A stretch of 64,000 bases of DNA, taken from the NCBI RefSeq assembly GCF_009914755.1, contig NC_060926.1, one strand, 5' to 3'. The translations under genes were made by a program, and so were the position numbers. The notes below the pieces were generated by a model that saw only the letters and a list, made by a program, of their open reading frames with translations, did not search any database and had not been told where the DNA came from. Shown one piece after another: positions 1 through 13,899 of the stretch; within the stretch, counting starts at the first letter, position 1; each line of letters opens with the position of its first letter. This DNA is from the human T2T-CHM13v2.0 reference genome, Homo sapiens.

Positions 1-592
1 CATACCCAAGGCCCTGCTTTTGCTCAGGATGATGCCTCATAAAAGACAGAATTTTGTCTTTTCTCCACCTACATCATCCTTGGTTCTTTTCTTTCATACC
101 ACAACCACCTTCCAAATGCCAGGAATGTTTTCATATGCTAGCATGATTCCCTTGCTGGGTGTTAGACACTGCGCTGTACCCTATTAATAGGCGTGACTAC
201 CATGCTATTGCTATTCTCATCTTTCAGACTTAAGAAAGCTATGGAACTTGCCCATGATTAAGGCTGCAAAGGAGTGGAGCAGGATTACAAGCTGAGCAGT
301 CTGTGGCTCCCACGCCTGTCCCAGCCAACACTGCAGTCTCTGCAACCAGTTTTATATCTCACAAGGGTCAGACTGAGCTTGGTAAATGACCCTCTGCCTA
401 AGAGCCCATCTGCCATGCAACAGCGCTGAGTGTGGGCCCTGGAACTCAGAACAACTGTGGCTGTGCAGACCTGCCAGGAGTCAGGTATGAAGCCAGTCTC
501 CTCTCATGACTGACTGTTGGGCCCAGAACTGGACAATCCAACAGCCTGGAAGTTCTTCTCTTCAAGCAAGTTGAGTCAGCCCAGGTGCTCAG

Positions 593-766
593 AGGGGGAG
601 CTAATGGATGTGAGCTAACCATGAAATTGTGCCAATCTATTAGGTTGGTGCAAAAGTAATTGTGGCTTTTGCCATTACTTTTGATTGCAAAAACCGCAAT
701 TACTTTTGCACCAACCTAATAGTGTGGCATAATTTCATGGTTAGCTTATGTCCATTAGTTCCCCTT
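593..766. repeat. Composite inverted repeat: 42-bp outer arms (593-634, 725-766) around a MADE1
   Basis: Left arm AGGGGGAGCTAATGGATGTGAGCTAACCATGAAATTGTGCCA vs reverse complement of the right arm AAGGGGAACTAATGGACATAAGCTAACCATGAAATTATGCCA, 36/42 identical. Confidence 0.9.
640..719. mobile_element. MADE1 (Hsmar1-derived 80-bp mariner MITE, miR-548-type hairpin)
   Basis: TTAGGTTGGTGCAAAAGTAATTG...CAATTACTTTTGCACCAACCTAA, exactly 80 bp, TA duplications at 638-639 and 720-721. Confidence 0.95.
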
Positions 767-779
767 CCCCCCAGAAACC

Positions 780-1195
780 TGACCCAAAAGCCAGAACGAA
801 GTTAAAGTGGTGAAGGCAAATGTTATCCAGGATCATTGCAACAGGGGAAAAGAGACCCCACTATAGAAATGGGCTCCATTCTGAATACAGCAGGGAGAAG
901 GGATTTATATAGCCAAGGAGCAGGAGTCAGAAGATGGAAAAACACTAATAGAAAATGGCACCAAGTCTGGGGAGAATACTGACTGAACAGACCTGACAGG
1001 ATTCCTGCTGAAGGCAGGCCAAGGTGATCAGACAGCAAAACTGCGCAGTGAAAAATTTTAATCAGGTGTCAAAGGTGGGGGATTCTTGTTAAAATGACTT
1101 ATCAAGATTCTTGCTGAAACTGGATTTTACATGGAAGAGCACCGATGGGTATTTACAGTCTGCCTAAAGTTTGGGTACGCAAAGAATCTTTGTTA
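780..1195 (-). mobile_element. ERV1-class solo LTR, MER67/MER31-like
   Basis: Minus strand begins TAACAAAGATTCTTTGCGTACCCAAACTTTAGGCAG...GTAAAATCCAGTTTCAGCAAGAATC, resembling the MER67 5' end; left boundary approximate. Confidence 0.65.
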
Positions 1196-1250
1196 CTAGT
1201 TCTCTTTCAGAGAATCAGAAGTCCAAGTAAGCTTAATTAACTAGTTATAA

Positions 1251-1348
1251 CTAGCCCTTCCTTGTTCTGGACTCTCTCAGTTTCAGCCATGAAAGTCCTC
1301 CTGGGGAACCACTCAGTCCTGGGCAAACTGGAATAGTTGGTCACCTGG
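1251..1348. mobile_element. MER81-like hAT-Blackjack MITE
   Basis: Terminus GTCCTGGGCAAACTGGAATAGTTGGTCACCTGG matches a MER81-type TIR. Confidence 0.6.
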
Positions 1349-1515
1349 TTACTAGACTGATCTGCTCTCTGCCTACGAGTCTCAGAAAACATTTGGTCCC
1401 TGAACAACTAATGGAATGAGAAAAGACTTCCTTGACCGATTTTGTTCACCACTCTGACGTCTGAGTCCAGTATGGAGCTTGGCACCAAGTGAGAGATCAT
1501 AAAACACCTGTTGAG

Positions 1516-1839
<324 letters not shown>

Positions 1840-2288
1840 CTAGTTCAGAAGAGGTGGCCCTGATTCCTACCTCCCAAGTGGGTGGGCAAAGCTACGGAAG
1901 CCCAGAAATACCAGAAATATGGCCCAGGGTTCGCCCCTAGTGTACACTGAGGAGATATATGCCCTTCTGGTTGTTTCTAAAACAAGAAGGACCCGACAAA
2001 GTGACTGATATAAAAGACTCCTGAATGTCTAATTCAAATAACTCAAGTTTTACTTACATAAACAGTGTCTCCTAAAATCTTGTATAATCCTCTTGAAGTT
2101 ATGGTTAGTAAAATTCTTACTCAACATTTTCATGAAGGAAGAAAAAAATCATGTTTTATGTGACCCAATTGCTTTAACTTAGACTTTGTGAATTATTACA
2201 CATCAGGGAAGGAACTAAACAAGCAGCTATTTTAGTCTCAACTAAAGCTCTGAGTAAATCAAAAGAGATTCATAAAGGCGAAGGGCAG

Positions 2289-2400
2289 TGCTTTGGACTA
2301 CATGTTTATGTTTCCCCAAAACTCACATGTGAAACTCTAACCCTTAAGAGGGTGGTATTAGGAGGGAGATACTTTGGGGAGTGATTAGGCCATGAGGCAG
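2289..2400 (+). mobile_element. MaLR (MLT1A/MST) LTR 5' fragment
   Basis: TGCTTTGGACTACATGTTTATGTTTCCCCAAAACTCACATGTGAAACTCTAACCC...GTGATTAGGCCATGAGG. Confidence 0.6.
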
Positions 2401-2934
2401 GCACAATGAAGTGGAGCAAACTTGCATTTGAATTCTGACTTGGACTCCTTCTAGCGGTGTGACATTGGGCATAGCATTTGAGACTAAGCCTTTTGTTTCC
2501 TCGCATACAAAATAGACATAGCACTGCCTGTCTTTTGGAATTGTGGTAAATATTCAACATGATACCATATCCTAGTGAGCCTAAGGATAGTTGTGGAATA
2601 ATTATCCGTAAGCCCACATTCACTCTCAAAGTTTTCCTGGTTTGCATGAAATACTATACACTCACCCAATACTGAAAGTACTTAGCTTCAGGCCTCACAC
2701 ACAGCGATGAAGTACCACAGCTTAATATACTAACCTTTTCCTAAACTTTGCATTAATTTTTTAAATGTATACATTTTGAAATTATTCTAGCATAGTGCCA
2801 AAAAAATGATATCACAAAAAAGTTCAAGAATATGCCATGTTGTCATGCCACTTGGGCACCAGAGCCTGTAAAATAAAATGTCATTTTGGAAAAGGAAAGC
2901 ACCCATAATGCCGTCTTCATTTGTGTGGTAATGA

Positions 2935-3165
2935 TGGAATACTAACACCTACACTGGGCTTTCTATGTGCCAGGAGCTGTTCAAAGTGCTTTACACTTAT
3001 TAACACTTCCTAGTTCTCACGCAACTCTCTATGGGAGGCACTTGAATCGTCATCATTTTATGGAAAGGGAAACTGAGGCATGTAGGTCATCCATGTCAGC
3101 AGCAGAGCTAATACTGGAACATCATCAGTCTGACTCCGAAGTCTGTGCTTTTGACTCTGCTGAAT
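2935..3165 (-). mobile_element. MIR SINE
   Basis: CTATGTGCCAGG...AAGTGCTTTAC...GGAAACTGAGGC...CAGTCTGACTCC, MIR core in antisense. Confidence 0.7.
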
Positions 3166-6100
3166 ATGTTAACAAGGAAACTCTTACCCCATTTGTTATA
3201 ACATTTCTTATCTGTCAAGGGCTGGGAAACCAGGTAAAATAAGGCACCCTTCAACAAACGAAAAGTGCTTCTATGGAGCTCAGACTTTGCAACACCGTTT
3301 TGACCCCTGGGGGTCTCTTTTTGTTGTTTCTTTCCAAGTACTCAACTGTGTTCTGAGAGAGTGAGGTTCTGGATAGGTAGTGTGATTGGCTGGAAGAAAG
3401 GATTAACTTTCCCTTTTAAAAAATCAACATATTTTACCCAAGGGAGGATTGAGAATATCCTACCTCTCCATAAGGCTGATCATTTCTCTAATAACTACCT
3501 GGGTTTTTTTTTTTTTCCAATCACACCTAGAGAAGACATGAGCTCCACTCTAAGATAATAGGAATGGCTCAGATTCTACTCATTAATATAATGATTCCAT
3601 AACACAATGACAGATAAAAGAACTCTTTTTTTATTCTACTCAAGGCTGGTTTTACATAAAAATAGACCATAACTCAGAGTCTGTAATGTCTATGAAAAGG
3701 TTATACTCGTTACCATCCAAATAGGCTGAGCTAATAAAAATTATATTTGTTACAATCCAAATAGATTAACCGGCCTTAAGGGCTTAGCTATGTATTACAC
3801 TTTTCAATTTTCTTATAATTAAATTAACATAAAATAGTCTTCACAAATAAATGGCTGTTTCAGAAATAGTTAAGCTCTGTTTAACAAAAATAGCCATTCT
3901 ATTTACATGTGCAGCCACTCAGGTAGACCTGGGAATTGGAAGAGGCTCTTCTCTGTGGAGTGGACTCATGATCAAAAGATTAATAGACAGATCCCCTCTC
4001 ACATGTCCTGCTGATGCCTCAGGCACCCCCAGAAGACGGCCCAAGGACAAATCCAGGCTCCTCTTGCATTGTCCTCTGGACTGAGGGCCTCCTGGACCAA
4101 CCGCCTACTCTTCCCTGGGTGCTCCCAGCCATGCGCCACAGGGTGGAGCCTCAACTGGCTCACCTGTTAAATGGGAGACCTATGGCAGGTCTCCTCAGTC
4201 CTAGTGCTCCGATTCCTGCCAGCCTCGAAGCTCATGAATAAAGGTTCTGCTGAAATTTTCTCAGCTCATCCCCCCTTTCCTTCTCCCGAAGCCTGGTCTC
4301 TGGGTATTTGCCTTCCAGCTGGAAATCCTGTTGAAATATTGCTTCTGTTTGTAAAACTCAAGATTCAAAATGTTGATGTTTTTGTTGAGGTGCCATTTTG
4401 TAATTCTGTCCCAGAAGCACGCTGAACATTAAATAAACGACGACTTAAGTCTCTCAGCTGAAGTCTTGAACAAAAGAGTTGATGCCCTTAGTTTAATTCC
4501 TTAAATGTCATCATGCTCAAAAAACTAATTAATTTTGCCGATCAGCCTTTTGTTTTTTTCTATAGATGTCTTAAGGAATGGAAAGAAGTGGAACAAGTTA
4601 TGTATCTGTTGCCATTTGAAACAATCAGAAGCTTGAGTTTCCTCAGTTCTTAAAGTCAAGAGGGAGAAAACTCACAAGGAAGAGATGGGAGCTTATGCTG
4701 CCTGTGAGCTCAGATGTCAGGCATGGGGCTGGGTGCTGTGTTGAACAACTTTAATTGCTTCATCTCATTTAATCTACTTATCATCCTGAGAATTAGGGAA
4801 ACTTACTCAATTTCGAAAGGGGGAAGTAAAGGTCACAGAGCCAGTGTGAGTCAGAACAAGTTGTACAAACGCAGAAGCAAGGAGACAGATTGGTAGAGGT
4901 GAAAAGCCCAGTGCATGGAGAAGCCCGGTCAGAGTATTACTGAAACCAGAAGCAGAGTGTCCGTCCATGATCTCATCATATACAGGGGTTATGCAGATAG
5001 CCTGAGCTTCACAATATGGTCAGTTCCCATCAATCTTGAGTGTTCTTCTTTGAGCTCAGTGACTCGACTTTATCAACAGTAAAATGTAGTCTAATTGAGC
5101 TATGTGATAATATAATGTAAACCCTCACATGAGCAGCCCTTTGTTTATCATTGTGATTATTTCCTTGGAAGTAAATAGAACTTAGAAGATATCTTGATTG
5201 ACAGATGGCAGCTCCATCAATCTCTGCGAGCCCTTAGCAGCTGCCCACCTTTTGGGCAATCTAGTCTTTCCTCCTTGGCATCTCCACAAAAGGATGAGCA
5301 AGAAAAATAGAGATGAGGCTCAAAGGAGCCCATTTTGCTGCATGTCACCAGCTTTTGTCGAAGCTATGATAAGGGAGGAGGTCAAAAGTAATGGTGCAAT
5401 AAAATGCCTAAATTATCTGGGGATCACTCATTTATGGCGCCCCTATTCCTCATCATCATGGATGAACAAGACCTGGATGCACATTTAACAAGATTAAAAT
5501 GCTTTCATTCAAAGTGTTCCTGTGAAGCAAGTAGGTGAGAAACATTGCAATTTGCATTTGGTAGCTTTTCCCCTCTCTTGGTGTAGACAGTAGTAAAGTT
5601 ATTCATCTTTACCTCCCAAGTGCGTAGCACAGAGTAGATGCTCAACAAATGTTGTTTTGAAAGCACAGGTTTGGGATGTTGTGCACAGGTTCTCAATGTT
5701 GGCTGCACATTGCTGTCCCCCAGGGAGCTTTCCTTGGAGATCCCCAGGAGACCATAACATGCACCAAAGTTGGAGAACGATGAGAATTATCTGTGTTGCT
5801 GGAGGGCAGCTGTGACAGAGTGTCATGGCACAACAGCAGGGTCACAGGCCTGTTACCCTTTCCCAGTCAGATAAGAATCAGGAAACAGCACCCAACTGAC
5901 AAGGCAGCTAGCTAGTGGGTGAGTTAAAAAACAAAACACCTGGGACACTGAGACAAGAAAAGGGAGTGAGATGAAAATTCTTTCAGAGGCTGAAGGCCAA
6001 GTTTTGTGCTATTTCTGATGGACCTCAACACCCTCAGCATAAAACAGGTGCCTCTTAAATGACAAGATTGGCCTCACCCTGGAGCATTGGAATGGATAAG

Positions 6101-6299
6101 TAGAAAGTGCATGGGCTTTAAACACCAAGCTGTACTCCAATTCCATCCCCACTCTGCAAGCCTCATGGCCTCAATGGGCTCATCTTTGAGATGGGATCTC
6201 TCAGAGTTGTGGTGAGGTGGACTGAGGGGTCAGTCTGCATGAGGAATGGACACACAGTGGGCACCTGATACATGCAATTTTACATTTACATACAAGCAA

Positions 6300-6377
6300 G
6301 TACATGTGTGTGCACATACACACACATGCGTGCACACACACACGTGCACGCGTGCACACACGCACACACACACGTGT
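6300..6377. repeat. Imperfect (CA/TG/CG)n alternating purine-pyrimidine tract
   Basis: TACATGTGTGTGCACATACACACACATGCGTGCACACACACACGTGCACGCGTGCACACAC... Confidence 0.85.
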
Positions 6378-7929
6378 CCTTCCCAAGCTTGTGCTGGCAA
6401 AAAAAACCTCAAGAGACCATTTTGGCAGAAGTCATCCTTGCCAAAACTGCTTCCTTTTTCTACACATAAACCAGTGTAAAAATGTCTCTTGCAGGGTCTC
6501 GGGGGAAATAGTTGGGAAGGAGCTGCTGCTGTGATGCCTGACAAAATCAGCCTCCTCACTGCCATCCTCACACTTCTTGGCTCCTGCTGGTCCCAGCACA
6601 TACCCCCAGGGCACTGGGACAGCAAAGCCCCTGGGAGTCCACTCTGAGCAGCTCCAGCCACGCCTGGTAGGAGCCCTGCCTTCCCACCACCCACTTTCCC
6701 TCTCTGCTTTTCTTCCACTCGCTTGCCTGTGTGGTCCTTTCAGCCCATGCGGGGCTGACAGACAGGTCCCTGGCCTAAAGCATATCAGTTCATCCCACTG
6801 ATCAAAAGCTAAATGACTCGTGCCTCCCTGGGCACTTTCTTTTTTGACTTTTTTTCCTTTGGAGCCTGTGTTTAACTGATTCAGTAATTCTCCATTTCAC
6901 CAGAGAGCAAGTTGTCTGGGGAATTCAGCATCAGTCTCCTCATTCCCAGAGCTGAAATCGATGTGTCCACCCTGTCCTATTATAAATGCACGACGTTCCT
7001 CGTGAGAATTACTGTGTGCCATAGACCCGCTCTTCACATGAAATTAGGCCACGCTTAAAACAAACAGCGTCGCAGACAGCGTGGGAGGAAAACAGTGGCC
7101 TACATATTAAGAAACTCTCGGAGCCTTCAATTTGAGATCTAAGCAGGATGAAATCCCTCCCCACACACCTGTGACATTTATCCTACGAATACTTGGTAAA
7201 AATCGATTGTCAGAGTTAAAAAGGGCCCTTGGGATGACCTAGCCCAGGGATTATTAAGTAGGGACGGACATCAAAATCACCTGAGGAGGTTTTTCAACCT
7301 GAGCAAGAGATTCTGATTCACTAATTCGAGTTGGATTTTAACGGAATTAAAATGTTGCCAGTGGATGCTGTATTTTGCATTCACTATTTGGGTGGGTGGC
7401 GGAAGGAGGTTATTTTTATCATTGTCATTTTCTGCAAAGGGAAAAAGCACAAATTGTTCATGAATGATGGTTGCTCCTTTCACTTTTATTTTGTCATATG
7501 AATTCCCTGCACCCTCACAATCTTCGATTAAGTAAAGGAGCCAGAAAGTGGAAGAATGGTGGGCGATCATATAGGAACAAAGGAAAGCCAACGAAGTTGA
7601 AATATTTGATCTTTTTCCCCAGGTCTTTGATAGAGGCCCTGTAACATTTCCTCTCCTGCCGCTTCAATGGCTCATTCATGTCATTTCTTTGCTTCATTTG
7701 CCTTTCTCATCTTATAGATTTTTCCCCTTTACGGACTGCTTTTGGTCCCATTTCCCTCTCACCTTCCCATTCCCCTACTCAAATCCACCTGGATAAAAAT
7801 GAAAATAACTACTGTATGTCAGACACTTGGTATTTCATGATGCAGGTCAAGGACCCACCCTTCAGGAAACTCAAAAAGGTGGCTTTGTCCTGAGGTCCTA
7901 TCCAGGCCACTCCCTGTACAAAGTATAGT

Positions 7930-8055
7930 TTGGTGATTCTCAAACTTCTGCAAACCTAAAAAAAAAGTCACCTTGGATAGCTTGTAGAAATGCAGACCCC
8001 CAGGCTTCACTGGACAGAATTTGATTCAGTGAGTATAAGGTGGGTGCCCAAAGGT
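7930..8055. mobile_element. MER5A-like hAT-Charlie MITE
   Basis: GTGATTCTCAAACTT...TCACCTTGG...AAATGCAGA...TGATTCAGTGAGT...GGTGGG. Confidence 0.55.
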
Positions 8056-9288
8056 TCAAAGAACACAGAACACAAAGGGATTATAATGCAGGTAGCCCAA
8101 GGAATAGATATCAAAGAAGGCTGGTGTGGTCCCAGAGCCCTCAGGTTCCTGTTTGCAACCTTAGTACCAAAAGCTCAACCACCAGCTCTGAACTCTCGAT
8201 GTCTGCTTTGGTCCAGTGAGGATTCCCGTCACACCCACCTCACGGGGCCAGGATACCGACTAGATGAGAACATCGTATAAAGCACCCACACAAGGCCTGG
8301 CCTGCACAGGCAGTCGCTTTATTATCATCTCAGCTGTTCTACACGCATTTTCAAAAATCAAGCAATTGCTTCTGATGAGTGTGATTTCAAGAGAAAATAA
8401 AACTCTAAGAAATTAAACTTTTGCCTTAACCTCAATGTTCTTCCATGAAGCGCCAGACCTGAAACTCGGGAACTTTAATGAGGGAAACGGTTTCCTTTGA
8501 CCACTTCCTACTTCCAACATCACTTTTCTCTGTCAACTCTTCCATGTGGGCAAGATTCGTCTTTGTTAAAGACAATAATACATTTGCATTTGGCCTTTAG
8601 TTCTAATCTTCTTCATCATGTAAGGAATAAAGTCCAAGAAATGACCTCAGTTCATGTGACTAAGCTCCATTCCCCACCCCCCACCACCTGTCTTCTTCCC
8701 AGATGCATTTCCCCTTGTGCTCAATACCCAGCTCAAATGTCTTGTGCAGATATTATCTGTAGCTCTTTTCCCCACAGTTTTATATAACTTTGGGTTCCTT
8801 TGTGTTTTTCCCACATTTTCTAGTCTTTTTTTTTTTTTTTTTTTTTTTGTCAATGTACATATCCATCTCATCCCCTGGACCTAGGATACTCTCTCTATAC
8901 TCTCTGGACAGGAAACACATCCTCAGGAGCCCTCAACCCCCAGCTTCTGACCCACAGCATGATGGGCATTAGACCCTCAGTGATGTGTAAACAGGACCTG
9001 AACTTCTGACTCCTTAGGATCAGAAGTGAGAAATGAAAAAAGTACTGGGGAATTACCTAACATTTGGATGAGGGCACCTGATATATAAAGCAAAAACAAA
9101 ACAACTCTTCTTTCATGGTTTTAGCCACATCTCCTCCCACTTCAGTCAATGCTTCAGTTGCAATGCTTAATTACAAATGCATGCTTGACTCCCCCCATAG
9201 TTACAGTACAGACTGAGAAGAATCTAGCTCTTCAATGACTCAGGAAATGAAAGGTAGAAACAACCTCCCCAGATGTAGCTAGGCCTAA

Positions 9289-9614
<326 letters not shown>

Positions 9615-9867
9615 TATGTCCCTGCTATACACAATTTCAGGGCCCAGGATATTGCTTAGCACACCATGGGTACCCAATAGATATTTATAAAATGAATAAC
9701 CATGCATATTTGTCATTTTATTAGTATCCTTCCAAGCCACAGTCATTGGTTACATGGTGTTGTTTGGGAATTTTTGCAATATGGGGGGCAATTGATTTAT
9801 GCGAAATTTTATATATTGATTCCAAATATAAATAACTTGCATTTGTGGTTTATTTAACTCTTGAACA

Positions 9868-10388
9868 TTATATTTGTTTCCTGGGGCTGCCATAAAGAAT
9901 TGCCACAAGCTGAGTGGTCTAAAACAACAGAAATGTATTCTGCATGGTTCTGGAAGCTGGAAGGCTGAAATTAAAATGCAGGTGGGACCATGCTCTCTCT
10001 GAGGTCTCTAGGAAAGAATACTTCCTGGATGCTTCTAGCTTCTGGTAGTTGCCAGCAATCCCCAGTGGCTGGCTTGTAGATGCAGCACTTCAATCTATGT
10101 CTCCATCTTCACGTGGCCTTCTCTCCTGTGTGTCTGTGTCCAAATTTCCTTCTTCTTAGAACACCAGTCATATTGGAATAGGGCACACCATGGGCCCTAC
10201 AGGAAGTAGGGCCCCGCCCTTATGATCCCATTTAACTTGAATTACCTCCTAAAATCCTTGTCTCCAAATACACCTCTTCTTAGCTTGATTATATCTACAA
10301 GACCCTATTTCCCAATAAGGTCATATTCACAGGTTCCCAGTGAACATGAACTTTGAGGGACACTGTAACACTATTCAACCCAGTACAG
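9868..10388 (-). mobile_element. MLT1B/C MaLR solo LTR
   Basis: GGGGCTGCCATAAAGAATTGCCACAAGCTGAGTGGTCTAAAACAACAGAAATG...CTATTCAACCCAGTACA. Confidence 0.8.
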
Positions 10389-10700
10389 ACATCTTCTTGA
10401 CCTGAGAACTGTGAATGTGTAGTACACTGAAATTTTCCTCAGCCAGTTCTTTTATGGGGGAAAAGCAGTTTTATATTTCCCAAAAGCCTTGACCTTAACA
10501 GTTAATTGGAGGAAGGTGTTAGGGTGGGAGATGAATGTGATGACCATTCAAGAGTGTGTCCATCTGCACTGGGAGGAGGGTCTCATCACAGAGAGAAGAC
10601 CCTTGAGTCATGGAGCTAAGACAGTCAGGGAAAGGGACAGGATAGAAAGGGTTAGGTCTCTACACCCTGGTGACCCCCTTTAAAATTTCAGAGTTGGAAG

Positions 10701-11079
10701 GTGTCTTCGTTAGCTTGAGTTGCCATAACAAAATACCATGGGCCACGTGGCTTAAATAATGAAAACTTATTTTCTCAACAGTTCTGAGGGCTGGAAGGAC
10801 AAGATGAGGGTTCCAGAATGGTCATTTCTGGTGAGGCTCCTCTCCTTTTCCACAGATGGCCCACTTTGTGCTGTGTCCTCACATGGCCTTTGCTCTGTGA
10901 GTGCCCATCCCTGGTACCTCTCTTCTTATAGGTACACTAGTCCTATAGGATTAGGGCCCTGCCCTTCTGATCCCATTTAACCTGAATTACCTCCTAAAAG
11001 CCCTGTCTCCAAATACAGTCACAATGGGGGTTAGGACTTCAACATATGAGTTTTGGGAGGATGCAATTCAGTCATAGCA
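10701..11079 (-). mobile_element. MLT1A MaLR solo LTR
   Basis: GTTGCCATAACAAAATACCA...TCAACATATGAGTTTTGGGAGGATGCAATTCAGTCATAGCA. Confidence 0.8.
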
Positions 11080-11586
11080 GACAGAACCTTGGAAGTCATT
11101 GCAGATGAGGACCGTTCTGCCAGGTGCAGAGATTTGATAAAGGTCTCTCTGGTTGGAAAGGGTCTCATGTTCCTGATGCTCCTCCACTCTGCTAGAGCCT
11201 CAGGTTGAGTCTTTTGACTTTCCCTTTTGCTTTACTTTTCCCAAAACACAGAAAAATAAATAAATATCTCTTAAATAAGCAAACATAGATGGCAACCCCT
11301 TCATTTTGACTTATGTCTAAAGACAATATATAGGAGTTTGAGCTATAGTCTCCTTTGAGGCAGAAACCAAACAATATGCATAACCCATGTTGGATTCCCC
11401 ATGAACCCAGCACTGGTCTTACACAGAGTAGGCATGCATAAGTACAGATACTAGTAATATTAATAACAAAATTGTATTTAGTACTTATACTAAGTGCTTT
11501 ACATATATTAAGTCATTTAATCCTCACTATAATTTCATAGATAGGTTCTAGTATAAGTGGCATTTTGCAGATAAAAAAATCAAGGA

Positions 11587-11919
<333 letters not shown>

Positions 11920-13664
11920 TTATTAATTTATTTGTTTCATTAATGTATACATGAGAGAATGGATCAAGACATTTAAAGACTGCTCTAAGCTCTATGCTTC
12001 AACACTGCATAGCCATATCATTTATTTTATTTACAATATTTGGATATAGATTTTTTATGTATTTAGGAGTTGTTATTGTTTGATTATTGTTGTTAAAGGT
12101 AAGAGAATACCAGGCAAATCACACTAATAATAAAGTCACTAACTATAAGTATTCAACTCTTTATATCAGTGTATTTATATCATTACCCAATATACATACT
12201 TTTACTAAAACAAGTTTCCCAAAAATAATACTTAGCCTTACTATATACAGTAATGTACTCTGCTATTTTCTCTTGTATTCTATTTTGGTCTATTTAGTTT
12301 ATCTATTGAAGTTTTTAATGCAGATCATGACCAACCAAGTAGAGATTTCAAGAGCCACAATCCAGTCACAGTCAGCTGTTTGAAAAACAACACTACTATG
12401 TATATACAGCATCTATGTATTACATATATAGCATCTATATTATATATTTATATACATATTACATTTTTCTCAACAACATACACATGCATATATACACCTA
12501 ATAATTAGAATTTTCTTTTTCCCTCAGCTGCTGAAATTCAGGAGTATAAAGATGTTATAATATGTGTACATTTTAAAGCTTTCAGAATGTTTAAAAAAAT
12601 GTTTTGTTGTTACCCTAAAGTAAAAGGGACTAACATATTTCAGAGGTTTAGGCTTTGGGAAGTCATTTAATTTTTCCCCAGTCTTCTCTCACAGTATGTT
12701 TCCTTTTGTTGTATGTGACTTTCCTAATAGGAACATATTTTATAGTTAAACAATTCAGGTCAGGCATCAGATTGTGTCTCCATTTAAGTTCTAAATTGCA
12801 TCAGACGCCAAAATGCCTCCTAAGATTCTGGTGGTGAATCGAGTTTCTGTGAATGTTCAGAACTGCAGGAAACCCTGTTTTCTTAACATGAAATCTATTA
12901 CATAAGGAACTTCTGCAGAGGGTAAGATCCAAAGCTGAAAAAGTGATGCGGTTTGATACATTGTCAGAAGCAATAGTGCGACATGGAAGATTTGATCTTC
13001 CAATGCTGTGGAGAAAAGAATAAATAAAGGAATAAATTAAGATGTGTCTTGGAATGGTGTGCTCAGGAAGGAGATATATTAACAGGCAGGTATAGAACAG
13101 TAATAGCCTAGGAAGAGCTAATATATTAAAAAGGATGATAAAGAGATAGGTTTGAAGCATTCCCTATTTATATATTATTTTTAAATATGCCAAAGAAAAG
13201 GAACCAGTGCACACCTAGTTGAACTGAAATGTTGTTTCCTGAAAATACTCAGATCTTATTTAGAGGAGTATATGTTTTATGAAGACCAGAGGCATACAAG
13301 TAAGCATATCACCACAGAATTTAAAAGTTGTGAGAGCTCCTTTTTAAAGAGTCCCATTGATATCAGTTTCCTTTCCCTCAAAAAAATGTTAGTTCCATTG
13401 CTCTTCTTTCTTCCTAAAGCAAGTTACAGTCGTCTTTGGATGAGCCATGCCGAGAGAGGGTTCTACCAGCACTGGCTCATCCAACACTTTATTTGTATGC
13501 AGCACTGAGTCCACTTTATCAGAGCAGTGCTCCTAAAGCTGGCAAATTTGTGTGCTCCTTTCCCTGAGGATCTTCCTGGAAGCCTGGGGTAAGTCAGGGA
13601 GGGGCCGACAAAAGTCGCTAATACTGCAAATAGATCACCTGTTTGTGGTTCATCAAGACTTTAG

Positions 13665-13850
13665 TCCATTGATTCTCAAACTTGAACAGGCATCAGAAAC
13701 ACCTGGAGGGACTGTGAAACCTCAGACTGTTGAGCCCATCTCCAGGGTTCTGATTCAGTGGGTCTGGGGTGGGGCCAGAGACTTTGCATATTCAACAATT
13801 ACCAGGTGCTGCCTGCTGTGTTCTGGAACACACTTTGAGAATCAATGCTC
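13665..13850. mobile_element. MER5A
   Basis: TTCTCAAACTTGAACAGGCATCAGAAACACCTGGAGGG...CTGATTCAGTGGGTCTGGGGTGGGG...CACACTTTGAGAA. Confidence 0.8.
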
Positions 13851-13899
13851 TGGTCCCATTCTGTGGAGTTAGGACCTTAAAGTTAATATCAAATTAAGG

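Noticed and set aside
3851-3897. Short imperfect inverted repeat ATGGCT...AGCCAT
   Set aside because: Too short and bulged; expected by chance in AT-rich DNA
6201-6718. Overlapping ORFs rich in H/T/C/V
   Set aside because: Products of the CA/TG repeat; no splice or domain support
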